Of a DNA stretch of 64,000 nt, positions 39,732 to 53,192 are shown piece after piece. Below the pieces are notes generated by a model, which searched no databases, was not told where the DNA came from, and was given only the letters and a program-made list of their open reading frames with translations. Position 1 is the first letter of the stretch, and each line of letters starts with the position of its first letter. The stretch comes from Octopus vulgaris (Eukaryota): assembly GCA_951406725.2 (NCBI GenBank), contig OX597823.1, positions 100,502,001 to 100,566,000 of the forward strand, given 5' to 3'. Position numbers and translations under genes: made by a program.

Positions 39732-39779
39732 GTAGAAATATGTTACAAAAAGAAAATACAAAATACACGTGGAAATGTA

Positions 39780-40064
39780 AGGGTAAAATATGAAAAATCA
39801 ACGAAAATGCACATTGTAAATAAAAAAAGGCTTTTTATGACCAGGAACTATTAGACCTGACACCGTGTATTAGCCGGTGTTTTCAAAGCGATGAATAGCT
39901 TTGCGGAAACCATGGTATGCTTTCTTTTCTGACTTTATAATCATCTCATAATAATGACTTTTATGACTACCTCAGTCAATCTAAATGTATATACTTGTCG
40001 TTACCTGTCATAAAGCCTTTTTTTTATTTACAATGTGCATTTTTGTTGATTTTTCATATTTTAC

Positions 40065-40067
<3 letters not shown>
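39780..40067. mobile_element. MITE with about 65-nt terminal inverted repeats, flanked by TA
   Basis: 39780-39845 (agggtaaaatatgaaaaatcaacgaaaatgcacattgtaaataaaaaaaggcttt...) is the near-perfect reverse complement of 40004-40067. Confidence 0.85.
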
Positions 40068-40101
<34 letters not shown>

Positions 40102-40110
40102 ATCCAAACA

Positions 40111-40150
<40 letters not shown>

Positions 40151-40159
40151 ATCCAAACA

Positions 40160-40201
<42 letters not shown>

Positions 40202-40290
40202 ATCCAAACATGAATATAAATATACATACATACACACACACACACACACAAACATATGTATATATATATATATATATATATAGATAGATT
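40068..40290. repeat. Compound minisatellite: GTTAATCCAAACATGAA x3 separated by (TA)n
   Basis: Cores at 40098, 40147 and 40198. Confidence 0.9.
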
Positions 40291-43200
40291 AACATTAAAA
40301 CATTCAGAAAGAGAAAAAGGAGAAAGGGAGAAGAAAGAGAAAAAGACAGAGCAAGCTAGAAATGAAACAATGCTGAGAGAACTGAAAACTAATCTTAACA
40401 TTTAACTTTTCAAAACTATAATATCCATAATGAAAATATTTAACAAATTTCTAAATCTATTTAATAAATTAATAAACCAAAGAAACAGACAAACGACATA
40501 TATATTCCCTGCCAAAGTCTTGCTTATATAAATACCTAGATTTTGTTAATTTCTTGAAATAACTTTTCTCCTCTTAATGCGTCCCAAGGGTTCTCTTTCT
40601 CTCCCTTGATGATCAACTAGTTTTGATTTCACAGCAATGTCTGTTCACAGCTACCACAATGTCAACCTGTTCCAGCACATTCTACCTAATTGTTTATCTG
40701 GCCTGTCATTTTCATAAAAAGCCTGACATAACAACACAAAAGAAAAACAATGCAACTCACTCACTTTTGCAGTATGTGTTGCACATTGAATGCTTTCGTT
40801 ATTCACTCTGAGTTGAATAAATTTTACCAAGTGCAAGCTGTCATCCTAAACCACCCAATGGACAAGAGTCGTTGACTGGGTTTGGACAAGGAAATGAGCC
40901 GTCACTAACAAAGTGTGTGTTCAGTGTTATATTGGTAACTACTTCCATCCCCACCCTCTCACCAAAGCTGCCAATATGGCAGCACAGCTAAACACTAATT
41001 AAGAAGATTCACTACTGTGTTGACATTTTACAAGTACAAATATAAGTTTTCAACTGGTTGGTAGTGAACACATACAAGGTTAGCATAATGTACACACACA
41101 CACACACACACATGCTTTTTTCTTTTGTGCTGTTGGCAAGGAACATTCATTAGACAATTACACCAGACTACCTTGAAGAAAACTCACAAACTGGTGGTTT
41201 CTAGTAAATTGGTTGATATTAAAAGAGAATACTTTGCTGTAATAATTTATATAAAACATTATAATCAAGCTGAACCAATAGAAAATGTATTTACAAGTGA
41301 GAGGAGGGAGACAAGGGAAACATATACATCGTCGTCATCGTTTAAGGTCGGCCTTCTATGCTAGCATGGGTATCTCTATATATATAAGGAGAGAGAGGGA
41401 GGGAGAGAGAGAAAGACAACTTGACAAGAAGGAAGTAACTTGGAGAGAAAGAGAGAATCAGTCAAGATGAAAGGATAAAAGGGAAATTTAATGAAGTAAA
41501 AGAAGAGAGCTGAATTTTTTTTAAAGAATTTGTAACAATATTTTTTTTACTCTTTTTGTTGGGTCTGGAAGAAGGGACCAGTGCCTACGGCCTTTGTAAG
41601 CTCTTCCCACCCCTAGAGCAGTGAAGCTGATACTATTAATTTTCATCTTGTAGGAAAGATGGGAATTGCAGGGGTTGGGAAGGACTGAGTGAATCATAGG
41701 GAGGGGCTGGGAGGTTGGACACAACAAGAGTGATAAGAGGAAGAGATATATATAGATGGGGAGTGCCTGAATACATGTGGCATTGAGCCCAGCCAACTGC
41801 AAGGAGCAGAGGACTAATATAGTAGTGAGAGGAAAGGCAGAGAGAGGGAAGCTTGGAGATGTGGGTCAGAAACTGGAGTGTATCTGTGAGAGATGTTAAT
41901 CACTTGAAAACTGGCTGTTTTCTAGATGAGGTCTAGGTTGTCTGTGTAGAAGAGCATTCACACTGCTCCAGATGTGAGCCACTCTACTGTGAGCCACTTA
42001 TGAAGGTGGTGAGCTTGTAGAGTTGTTAGAGTGTTGGAAAAACACTTTGTGGTATTTCTTGTAGTATTTCTTTATGATCTGAGTTCAAATCCCACTGAGG
42101 TCAATTATGCTTTGTATACACTGTAAGGTAGTTGGTATTAGGAAGGGCGTTTTACCATAGGAAACCTGTGAAAGCTGACACTAGAGCTTGGCAAAGCCCT
42201 ACAGCTTGTCAGATCCTGTCAAACTATCCAGTCTATGCCAGCATATAGTTTCAGTAATTATGGCTACAATAATTCGTTAAAAATTTTTTTTAAAGTTTAT
42301 AATTGGGTGGAGGTAGTATAAAAATAATACAAAGATCTCTAAGTTACCATTTAGAAAACAGTTTTGTTTGTTTGCATGGGTGTGTTTTCAGAGTGGCATG
42401 GAGGTCAAGGAAACTCCTGAAGAAGATATGTTTCAGCTTTGACAGAATTTTGATTCGTCGAAAGTATTTTATTTTAGTTATTATGTGCAGCTGGGAGAAG
42501 AATGAACACTTATTTTGCTCCTCCGATTTCAATTGATAAATCAACATTAAAAGATGAAGCAAAGGTAAAATGAAGTAAATTATGTGAATGACTGTGTGTG
42601 TGTGTGTGTAAAAAGCCAGTGAAAGAGTTGGCTTGGTGTATCATGTAGCATGCTTTTGTCAAATGTTTTAGGTGCCTATATGGTTACAAACAGACATAGA
42701 TATATCTTGACTCTTTCTTTAACTCAGTGGAATAGCCAAGATATGAGACTGGAACAATCTGAAATGGATGCCTTCCTGGTCCAGGAATAGAATCCACAAC
42801 ATTTATGACTGTGAGCTAAATACCCTAACCACAACTTCGTATGCGGATGTGGATATATTCACACACTTAACACACACATTGATATTCTGTAGTCAAACAA
42901 TGAAGATACACTTGTACCACATTCCTGCAAAAACAACTTAAATAGTATTGGTTTTCATTTAAATTGTGGCTTCATCTTACAAATTCAAAGTAGGATGAGT
43001 TTTTTTCCTGGAAGAACAAAAGAATGAAACAGTGACTGAAAGACATCAACCACTACACCTTAGTTATTATCCTTCTCATCATTTTAATGTCTATTTTGCC
43101 ATGTTTACATGGGTCAGACAAGAGTATTTCATGATATAGTTTTCTGCAGCTGGGTCCCCTTCCTGATCCCAACCTCACCTATTTGAAAGTGAGATAATAA

Positions 43201-43618
43201 CCTTCTAGGTCTATTGAGCAACAAACAGCATAGATGATATGGTTACAAGGAGAACTGGAAACAATCCATAATGTATGAATGAACTTTTTCACTACAAAGA
43301 TCACACAACATATCAAGACATGTCTGGGTCTTCATAAGGGACCACAGCTTGTAAAGCCCTTGTTTATAAACTAGTGAATGAATACCTGTGTGCAGAAATA
43401 TGAACTCACTTGTGCCCCTCCACCACACACACAGAGAGGGTTCTTTCAATTTCCCCCCACCCCATCCCCTCACAAGCCTCAGTCTACCCAGAGCTACAGG
43501 AGTAGATATTTGCCCAAAATGCCATGCAGTGAGACTGAACCTGAAAGCACACAGTCCTGCCATCAACTGATTTACTTATGGGCTGCTAGTATAAATATTT
43601 ATGTTATTATATTTAAGA

Positions 43619-44640
43619 CAGGCTGCCCCTGGGAGCTTCTCTACACTGATGGACCTTATTCTTATAGCTGAATCACCAGACCCAGAGAAGAAATTTCAGG
43701 GGTGGAAGCAAAGCCTGGAATCTAGGGTTTTAGAGTTAATTCAGCAAAGACCAAAGTCCTAGAAAGTAGGAAAACAGACAAACCACAAGTCCCTTCAGGG
43801 AGACAGCCCTGCTTGATATGTAAGAAGGGTGATGGTAGAAACTCAATGTTGTACCGAGTGCAGGCTTTGGACACATAAGAGGTGTAGCTGCATCACAGGA
43901 AGGTTAACAGAGAAAATAGTCTTTGTGTGTGGCAAATGTGTGGGTACAATAAGCATTAAAAATGCGCAGACAATAGACTTCCTCAAATGCTTAGGGGATC
44001 CTTAGAAGAAGTAGATAGCTTCTGTTACCTAGGCAACTGAGTTAGCAGTGGAGGAGGAAGTTCTGAAAATGTAGTTCCTAGGATAAGAATGGGCTGGGCA
44101 AAGTTCAGAGAGCTTCTACCTTTGTTGGTAACTAAGGGCCTCTCACTCAGAGTGAAAGGTAGATTGTATGATGCCTGTGTATGTACAGCTATGCTACATG
44201 TCAGTGAGACATGGGCTCTGACTATAGAGGATGTGTGAAGGCTTGAAAGAAATGAAGCTGGCATGTTCTGCTGGATGGTGAATGTCAGTGTGCATGCACA
44301 CGGCAGAGTATAAATGATTTAAGAGGAGAACTGGGTGTAAGAGGCATCAGATGTGTGCAAGAGAGAAGACTGCACTGGGTTTGATCATGTGATGCGTATG
44401 GATGAGGATGGCTGCATGAAGAAGTGCCAATCTCTAATTGTGGAGAGAACCTGTGGAAGGGGTAGACTGAGGAAGACACGGGACAAAGTGGTAAGAAAAG
44501 ATCTTTAGAAGCTGGCCCTCACTGAGGAAATGACAAGGGACCAGGAGTTGTGGTGGTTTGCTGTACTTGATAAGATGCATCGAGCTAAAGAAAATTGCTG
44601 TCTTCCACAAATACAGGTTTGTCCTTTGCCAGTGGTGCAC
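43619..44640 (+). mobile_element. RTE LINE fragment (RT C-terminus to 3' end)
   Basis: GCPWELLYTD, FCYLG, WAKFRELLPLLVTKGLSLRVKGRLYDAC. Confidence 0.9.
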
Positions 44641-44742
44641 ATACACACACAACACAACCCAAAGACCATGTGATATTGAATAGTTTAAATTCTGCCTTAG
44701 TTATGAGACATCTGCTACACACTCAAATAAATATATTCTATG

Positions 44743-44788
<46 letters not shown>

Positions 44789-44836
44789 AAGAAAGAATGA
44801 TTAGAAAGGAGGAATAAATTTTGAGAATATACTCAC

Positions 44837-44972
44837 GCCAACATCAAAGATGGAACTGACAGGTTTGTGGTCACTTATTTTCAGTTCATTATGAGATCTG
44901 TAACAACTCTGGCAGACAGCGGAACCATTCCATAAAATACGGTCACACCAGGCAGGCGCACGGCATTTTTCA
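44837..44972 (-). CDS. OCRL: OCRL exon with catalytic motif 2 ([14 protein letters not shown]...[13 protein letters not shown])
   Basis: 136 nt; tttcAG/GTgagt; PAWCDRIL and SDHKPV motifs; phase 2/0. Confidence 0.98.
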
Positions 44973-46942
44973 CTGAAATTAAGGAGACAATTAAATGTAT
45001 TAAAAACAAAAAACAAAACAAAAAGAAAAATACACAACTACATTAATCCAAGGGAAATGTATTCTGGGAATTATGCACACAAGTGTTTCTTTTTTTTTCT
45101 TCCCCCAAGTGGTTCAATGGTATGTATGTAATGTGATAAAGGTAACAGGAAGTAAAGCTGGCTTCAAATTTAGATTAACAATGTTAATATCCATAGAAAG
45201 AGGTGTGGAGTGGGGAAGTGAAGTAGTGATTGTGGTGAATGTTATGGGAGTGGTGGAAGACATACAGTAGAAGCAATGGTGTTTGTAGTTTAGCACCCAG
45301 TCCCCAAACCCCCACCATTGCAAGTCAGTTCTGAACAAAGTGACCCATGATGAAAGACATCTACAGCGATTCTACCTTTTGGATATTCAAGACTAATGTA
45401 TCTTTCCATTTTGAAGATGGTAAAGTGTGCATTGTGGGATTTTGCTGCTATCTCTAGCATAGTCAAATGACCATATACAAGCTTTTTTGTCAGTTCATTT
45501 GACTGAGAAAAGAATTGGTGTGTTAACCCTCTCAGACCTGGGCCCCTGTATCCAACTTTACTCTCCACCTGGGCTCCAGAACAGAAAATTAAATAGTTGC
45601 ATATACAGCTCAAGAGTAACGATTCGAACTAATGGACAGAATCGGCTGCATCTTCTTTTTCTATGTTGTTCATTATTGCTTTATCAGGAATCCAGTAGAG
45701 ATGATGTTTAACCTATTCCTAATATGGTATGACAGGGTTAAGATAAGTTGGAGGTGGTGATAACAGCAACAGAAGAGAAAATGAATATTATTGAGAGAGA
45801 GCAGGAGAGAAACTTAGAAATAGTTAAAGTTTTCCATTTGTGGGATTGAATCTGTTCACAAAACTGTATTTTGTTATCAGGTTAGTAATGTGGTATCAGC
45901 TTCTGGTCAATAAAGCATGTAGTGTTCTCATCACCAACAATATTATTGTCTTCACTGTTTCATGCCTGCTTTCTATGCTGGCATAGGACAATTGGATCAT
46001 TTCTTCTCCCCCAGATGATGAGGGAGACCAGACCACCACCACTACCACCATCATCATCAACGTTTAATGTCTGCTTTCCATGCTGGTATGGGTTGGATGG
46101 TTTGACATGGAGCTGGCCAGGCTCCAGTTGTCTGTTGTGGCATGATATCTATGGCTGGATACCCTTCCTAACACCAACGGCTTAACAGAGTGTGCTGGGT
46201 GCTTTTTATGTGGCACTAGCACCTGCAAACAAGCCTGTATGTATGGAAGACAGTGATTTTACTTCGCTAATGAGTCTTTATTGCAACATCTCTCAGTCCT
46301 TTATCACTTCCTCAGTGAGGCCCAGTGTCTCAAGTTCCTTTCTCTCCATTTTGTCCCATGTCTTCCTGAGTCTACCCCTACCACAATAACAGCTTGGCAC
46401 TTCTTTATGCAGCTGTCCTCATCCATACACATCACAAACCAATGCAGTTTTCTCTCGGTTTGGTTTCTACCATCAATGTCCTTCATAACACCAACCACTT
46501 TACAGAGTATTACTGGGTGAGGCTTCTTTCATGGCATCAGCATGAGAGGGAGATGCTACATCTTTGACAAGACTAAAGTGTCCTCAAAACACTACACTTA
46601 GCAAAGAGTACTGGAAAGCAAGACTTGGCTAAATAGTGAAAATGGATGATGGACGTTGATACTAAATGACCAGCAGGGAGGTAGCGGTAGACTGTACGAG
46701 GGTCCTCAAGTAAATATCTCAAAAGCTGGAGTGATAAGGGTATGTGAGGGATGGCTGGAATGTTGGAGAGTTGCCATGGTTTCCCTAATTACACTGGAGA
46801 CAATGTATAATGTATAATGAACCATGAGGAAAGTGAGAAGGGGAGACAGGGATTAGGAGATGGGTAGTAGTAATAGTAACTGTTATTATTGTTTGGTCCC
46901 AATCAAATTTCAGTTGTGACCATCTTGAGTTTATTTACAGAC

Positions 46943-47099
46943 AGGCGTAGGAGTGGCTGTGTGGTAAGTAGCTTGCTTACCAACCACATGGTTCTGGGTT
47001 CAGTCCCACTGCGTGGCACCTTGGGCAAGTGTCTTTATACTATAGCCTCGGGCTGACCAAAGCTTTGTGAATGGATTTGGTAGACAGAAACTGTCTATA

Positions 47100-47142
<43 letters not shown>

Positions 47143-47290
47143 ATACATCCCCGTAACATAGCGGTTCGGCGAAAGAGACCGATAGAATAAGTACTAGGCT
47201 TACAAAGAATAAGTCCTGGGGTTGATTTGCTCGACTAAAAGGTGGTGCTCCAGCATGGCCACAGTCAAATGACTGAAACAAGTAAAAGAG
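46943..47290 (+). mobile_element. Young tRNA-derived SINE
   Basis: A-box-like gtggctgtgtgg, B-box-like ggttcagtccc, CORE-like ccttgggcaagt, central (TG/TA)n, tail gtaaaagag. Confidence 0.9.
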
Positions 47291-47676
47291 GAAGATATCA
47301 AGAATTCTGCTTCTCTTTCTTAAGACTTAGCAAAGGGAGGAAAGGTAGCATTAATGACTTTTTTTCCAAGAGCTGTGTGATTGGAGGGAGAAAGATATCC
47401 TCAGATGGGAAACCTGACCCAGAAGCATGCAACAGAATGACTGCCCTAACCCACCACTACTACATGCACGCAAGGATCAGCTGGTGCAGTTAAGCAGAGC
47501 AATAGATTAAGCCTGTACTCGGGTTTTGGACAACATTATCCTTTCTGCTTTTTTTAAGAGAGTAGAGTGTGATTTGAGGGAGATATGGCATCCACATATG
47601 TTTAGACTGTTTAGTGACTGTGCACGATGTAATAGAGAAAATCTGGTGATGAAAACGAATTTTAAGTAAATCCTAC

Positions 47677-47786
47677 CTTGAGTCCCAGTTGTCAGTGCCT
47701 GTGTCATATTTATATGTTGGTCTAAAGGAAATGTCGCCTTCTGTAAAGCCTTTGAACACATCTGACTTTCCTAATTGTTTATAGAG
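47677..47786 (-). CDS. OCRL: OCRL exon (LYKQLGKSDVFKGFTEGDISFRPTYKYDTGTDNWDS-S)
   Basis: 110 nt; ttttcAG/GTagga; FxEGxIxFxPTYKYD motif; phase 0/2. Confidence 0.97.
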
Positions 47787-47904
47787 CTGAAAATATCAGA
47801 ACAAATGTAAGAAATCATAGAAAAAAAAGAGAAGAATATCAGCATCAATTGGAGAGGTGTTGCTCTTCCTTCTATTTTGACAACAGGAAAAACTAATGAA
47901 AATA

Positions 47905-48477
47905 CTCTTTACTCTTTTACTTGTTTCAGTCATTTGACTGCGGCCATGCTGGAGCACCGCCTTTAGTCGAGCAAATCGACCCCAGGACTTATTCTTTTTG
48001 TAAGCCCAGTACTTATTCTATCGGTCTCTTTTTGCCGAACCGCTAAGTTACGGGGACGTAAACACACCAGCATCTGTTGTCAAGCAATGCTAGGGGAACA
48101 AACACAGACACACAAACACATATATATATATACGACAGGCTTCTTTCAGTTTCCGTCTACCAAATCCACTCACAAGGCATTGGTCGGCCCGGGGCTATAG
48201 CAGAAGACACTTGCCCAAGGTGCCACGCAGTGGGACTGAACCCGGAACCATGTGGTTGGTTAGCAAGCTACTTACCACACAGCCACTCCTGCGCCTATAT
48301 ATATATATATACATATATACGACAGGCTTCTTTCAGTTTCCGTCTACCAAATCCACTCACAAGGCATTGGTCGACCCGGGGCTATAGCAGAAGACACTTG
48401 CCCAAGATGCCACGCAGTGGTACTGAATCCGGAACCATGTGGTTGGTTAGCAAGCTACTTACCACACAGCCACTCCT
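47905..48477 (-). mobile_element. Young tRNA-derived SINE with a duplicated 5' half
   Basis: Reverse complement of the 50521-50917 family; full copy at 47905-48296, extra head at about 48310-48477. Confidence 0.9.
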
Positions 48478-48576
48478 ATTTACAATTTATTCTTAATTTT
48501 TTAGAATATTTTACAAACATGATAATCAGTATAAAGATATTAAATTGGTATATAATTGATAATGGCTATAAAGATA

Positions 48577-51500
48577 TCATCATCATCATCATTTAACATC
48601 CGCTTTCCATGCCGGCATGGGTTGGATGGTTTGACTGAGGACTGTCAAGCCAGAAGGCTATACCAGGCTCCAATCTGATCTGGCAAGATTTCTACAGCTG
48701 GATGCCCTTCCTAACACCAACCATTCTGAGATTGTAGTGGGTACTTTTTACATGCCACTGGCATGAGGGCCAGTCAGGCAGTACTGGCATTGATCATGAC
48801 CATCAGTTCACTTGACTCAACAGAGCTTCTCAAGCACAGTTTATTGCCCAATGATTGATGAGTACTCTTAAATGGGCCGGTTATGCTACATGGGCATAGG
48901 CAACAGTTACAGTCTCACTTGGCTTGCTGGGTCTTCTCATGTACAACATATCACCAAAGGTCTTAGTCGCTTGTCATTGCCTCCATGAGGCCCAATGTTT
49001 GAAGTTCATGCTTCACCACCTCATCCCAGGTCTTCCTGGGTCTACCTCTTCTACAGTTTCCCTCCACTGTTGGGGTGTGACACTTTTTCGTGCAGCTCTC
49101 CTCATCTACATGCAACACATGACCATACCAGCGCAGTCGTCTCTCTTGTACACCACTTATGTCCAACTTTTCTCTTAGGGTGCTTACACTCTGTCGTGTA
49201 TGCACACTGACATTACACATCCATCGGAGCATACTGGCTTCATTCCTTGTGAGCTTACGCATGTCCTCAACAGTCAATGCCCATGTTTCACTGCCATGTA
49301 GCATGGCTGTTTGCAGACATGCGTCATACAGTCTACCTTTTACTCTGAGCGAGAGGCCCTTTGTCACCAGCAGAGGTAGGAGTTCTCTGAACTTTGCCCA
49401 GGATATTCTTATTCTAGCAGCTACACTTTCAGAGCATCCACCCCCGCTGCTGACTTGGTCACCTAGGTAACAGGAGCTATCAACTACTTCTAGTTTTTCC
49501 CCTGGCATATGACGGAAGCTGTTTTCTGCACATTTTCAGTGAGCGTTTGCCACACACAAAACCTATCTTCTCAGTTAGCCTTCCTTTGATGTTGCTGCAC
49601 CTATGTGTCTATAGCTTGCACTAGGTACATCTTATGGAGTTTCTGCCTGAAGGGAGTTGTGATTTGTCTGCCTTCCTAATTACTAAGACCTTGGTTTTTG
49701 CTAGATTCACTGTAAGACCCTATGATTCTAGACCTTGCTTCCACACTTGAAACTTCTATTCTAGTTCTGATAGTGATTCAGCTATTAAAGCAAGGTCAAC
49801 AGTATAGAGGAGCTCCCATGGGTATCCTATCTTGAATTCCTCTGTTATTGGCTAGAGGACTATGATGAATAAGAGGACGCTGAGGACTGATCCTTGGTGG
49901 ACGCCTACCCCTACCCAGAATTCTTCACTATACTCATTGCCAACCCTCACCTTACTGACAGCATCCCTGTACATGGCTTGTACAACTCTCACTAATCACT
50001 CACCTATCCCTAGTTTCTGCACTGACCACTAGATAAGGGATTGGGGGACCCTGTAAAAGGTTTCCTCCATGTCAACAAAAGCCAAGTACAGAGGCTATAA
50101 AGATATCATCATCATCATCATTTAACATCCGCTTTCCATGCCGGCATGGGTTGGATGGTTTGACTGAGGACTGTCAAGCCAGAAGGCTATACAGAGGTTT
50201 ATCTTTGGGTAGGTATTTCTCCTGCATCTGTTTTAACAGAAATATAGCATCAGTGGTGCTTTTCTCTGGCACCTTGTCTAAACTAACTCTTTCCCTAATT
50301 AGTTGGGCTATGACCCTCTCTGAGACTTTCATTACCTGATCCAACAACTTGATACCTCTGTAATTATTCATATTTAATGCACTACCTTTACCTTTGTAGT
50401 AGTTGACCATGGTGCTATTACACAAGTCATTGGGTATGACTCTATCATGTATCATCTGATTGACTATACGGGTAACTAGACTATAGCTAACACTCCCAGA
50501 TATTTTAAGCATCTCAGCATAGGCGCAGGAGTGGCTGTGTGGTAAGTAGCTTGCTTACCACATGGCTCTGGGTTCAGTCCCACTGCGTGGCACCTTGGGC
50601 AAGTGTCTTCTACTATAGCCTCGGGCCAACCAAAGCCTTGTGAGTGGATTTGGTAGACGGAAACTGAAAGAAGCCCGTTGTATATATGTATATATATATG
50701 TGTGAGTGTTTGTGTGTCTGTGTTTGTACCCCCCACCATCGCTTGACAACCGATGCTGGTGTGTTTACGTCCCCGTAACTTAGCGGTTCGGCAAAAGAGA
50801 CCGATAGAATAAGTACTAGGCTTACAAAGAATAAGTGCCGGGGTCGATTTGCTCGACTAAAGGCAGTGCTCCAGCATGGCCGCAGTCAAATGACTGAAAC
50901 AAGTAAAAGAGTAAAGAGTGATTCCTGATGGGCCGGGGGGCTTTCCCTGTCTTCATACCCTTAACTGCTTTATCTACCGAGGTACTGTCAATTTGGATAG
51001 CTGGTCCCTTTGTTGGGTCGACATTTAGGAGACTCTCTTTCTCCCATTCATTCTCTTCATTTAGCAACCTTTCATAGTGGTGTCTCCAAGTCTCTCTCTT
51101 TGCAGCCTCATTTAGCGCAAGTGAGCTATCATGCATGCGGACACATTTCTCTCCTATGACATCATGATTCTCTCTCACATACTGTCTTACAACATGAAAC
51201 ACTTCAAGTCTTTGGTCCTTACGATGCAGAACATTGGCAAATTGTTTCTTATCTGCTTTCCCTCTGGCTAAGTAAATCTGTCTCCTAGCTTCCGTTCTGG
51301 CAATCTGATGCAGTTCCCTGCTACCACCATTCTTCCAGTCTTTTCATGCCAGTTTCTTTTCCCTAATGGCCTTATCAACTACATTGTTCCACCACCATGT
51401 TACCTTGGGTTGAGAGGAGACTTGGCACCATCCATAGATCTGGTCAGTGGCCTTCAACATTGTCCCGTAGAAACCTGCAGTTGTCTTCCACATCGTGTGA

Positions 51501-51850
51501 TGCTGTATCCCCCTCTATTTCATCAAAAGCTTTGAGTAATACATCTCTAAATCTCTGTCCGTTCACAGGATCCTTAAGCTTCCAGACCCTTCTCCTCCAT
51601 ACCAGTCATCTTCTGGGCATCCATTTAGCCCTGATCCTGAAGTCACTAACTACTAACCTATGTTGTGGGGTGCATCTTTCCCATTTCCTGGTGAGGATGT
51701 AGTCAATCTGACTAGTGTATCCACCAGACCAGTAGGTGAATAGGTGACTGGTAGGTTTCCTGTAGTTAGTATTACAAAGCATAAGATCATTTGCATCAGA
51801 GGAGTCCAGCAGCCTAGTTCCCTCCTCATTGCAGGTACCCACCATCATTT
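48577..51850 (-). mobile_element. RTE LINE, long decayed copy, interrupted by a SINE and a 100-nt templated insertion
   Basis: ORFs 48963-49508, 50174-50512, 50822-51202 and 51606-51854: endonuclease end SQIDYIL..QHRLVV, NYRGIKLL, STTDAIF, WYGHV; (GAT)n tail at 48577. Confidence 0.92.
50521..50917 (+). mobile_element. Full-length young SINE nested in the RTE LINE
   Basis: Same family as 46943; splits the RTE sequence between GKAP..GIT and EMLKISG. Confidence 0.92.
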
Positions 51851-53080
51851 CCAACTTCCCTTGAAAACATATCTGGCCACGGGGAAATATTTCTTTGCAA
51901 GGAAACAGGGGAGAGTTGATGACAGGAAAGGCAATTGGCCACAGAAAATCTGCTTCAATAAATTGTGTGACTCATACAAGTATGGGAAAGTGGACAGTAA
52001 AACAATGGTGAGAATAAGTATGAAGATATTACAACAAAAAGAACAGACTACAGTGGAGTACACACATGCCTATACACATTAAAGATTATATACAGGGACC
52101 TTGTATATAGTCACTCGACCTGGTAGAAATAGTAGCTGTATCTCCTTCTAATCACATCCCACCATCATGAAAAAGAGGGAATTACATTAGATAATGGAGT
52201 CGTTTGATAACCGAAATGATATTGTCCTGACTGGAATGCCATTGATCACAGGTTTGCTTGATCAGAATACAAGCATGGTTAAGAAGTCCAGTTGACAACC
52301 ATATGGCTTCAGTTTGGATGTCATTGTGTGGCGCTTTGGACAAGCATTAGTTATTGCAACTCCTGTTCCAGCAGGATTTGGTGTCTGCATCAAGTGCCAA
52401 AAGCAAGGACATCCTGATTTGTTGATCATCACAACAGTATGGCTTACTTGGTCAGGTAACTCACCTGATCCGGACACCAGAGCAAGAGAATCAATGAAGT
52501 AGAGTAAGAAAAGAAAATGATTAACTTGTGTCCGAGTAATCAGTTATTGAGATGACCCGTGATTCCATGACATCTGAGCATCCTCAGGATGTATTCCAGA
52601 GAAACCAAAGGAATTCCAGCCAAGTCCTAACCAAAATTCTGTAATTATCCATTTTTTTTAATCAATTTGTTCTAATATAATGATATGTTTTGGATGTCAG
52701 GTACCGCATTCTAATGTTTAGGAAGATTGGATTTTTAATGATTTTTGTACAGAAATGATGCAGTTGTTATCATCATCATCATCTTAACATCCACTTTTCC
52801 ATTCTTGCATCAGTCAGATGGAATTTACTGAGGAAAATTTTCTACAGTCAGATGCCTTTCCTATCACCAACCCTCCCTGGTTTTCAAGTAAGCTAATACT
52901 TACCAATGGCCAGACTTTGTTTATGCAGAATATTGGAAATGAATGATGCATGACAGTGACATTTGTTTACAACTCGTGTGTGATGTGAATCGTTAATATC
53001 CTGATTGTGTCTTACTTGATAGTGATATGTAGATGATTTATGATACCGATACCAACTTGAGTGAAGTGAATGATACGAAC

Positions 53081-53192
53081 CTGATCATAAGGAAAAAGTT
53101 TGGAGTAAACTTTGCTATCAATATATTTCTTCACATCATTAATATCAATTTCTGATAAACGGTAGTTTAAATCACCAATCCAAAAGATAACT
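53081..53192 (-). CDS. OCRL: OCRL exon with catalytic motif 1 (VIFWIGDLNYRLSEIDINDVKKYIDSKVYSKLFPYDQ)
   Basis: 112 nt; AG/GTtcgt; WxGDLNYR 5-phosphatase motif; phase 2/0. Confidence 0.97.

Noticed and set aside
40098-40215. Regularly spaced 17-nt direct repeats resembling a CRISPR array
   Set aside because: The spacers are pure (TA)n, the context is eukaryotic and there are no cas genes.
50521-50600. tRNA-like A/B boxes
   Set aside because: This is the head of a multi-copy SINE. No complete cloverleaf is evident, so it is not called a tRNA gene.
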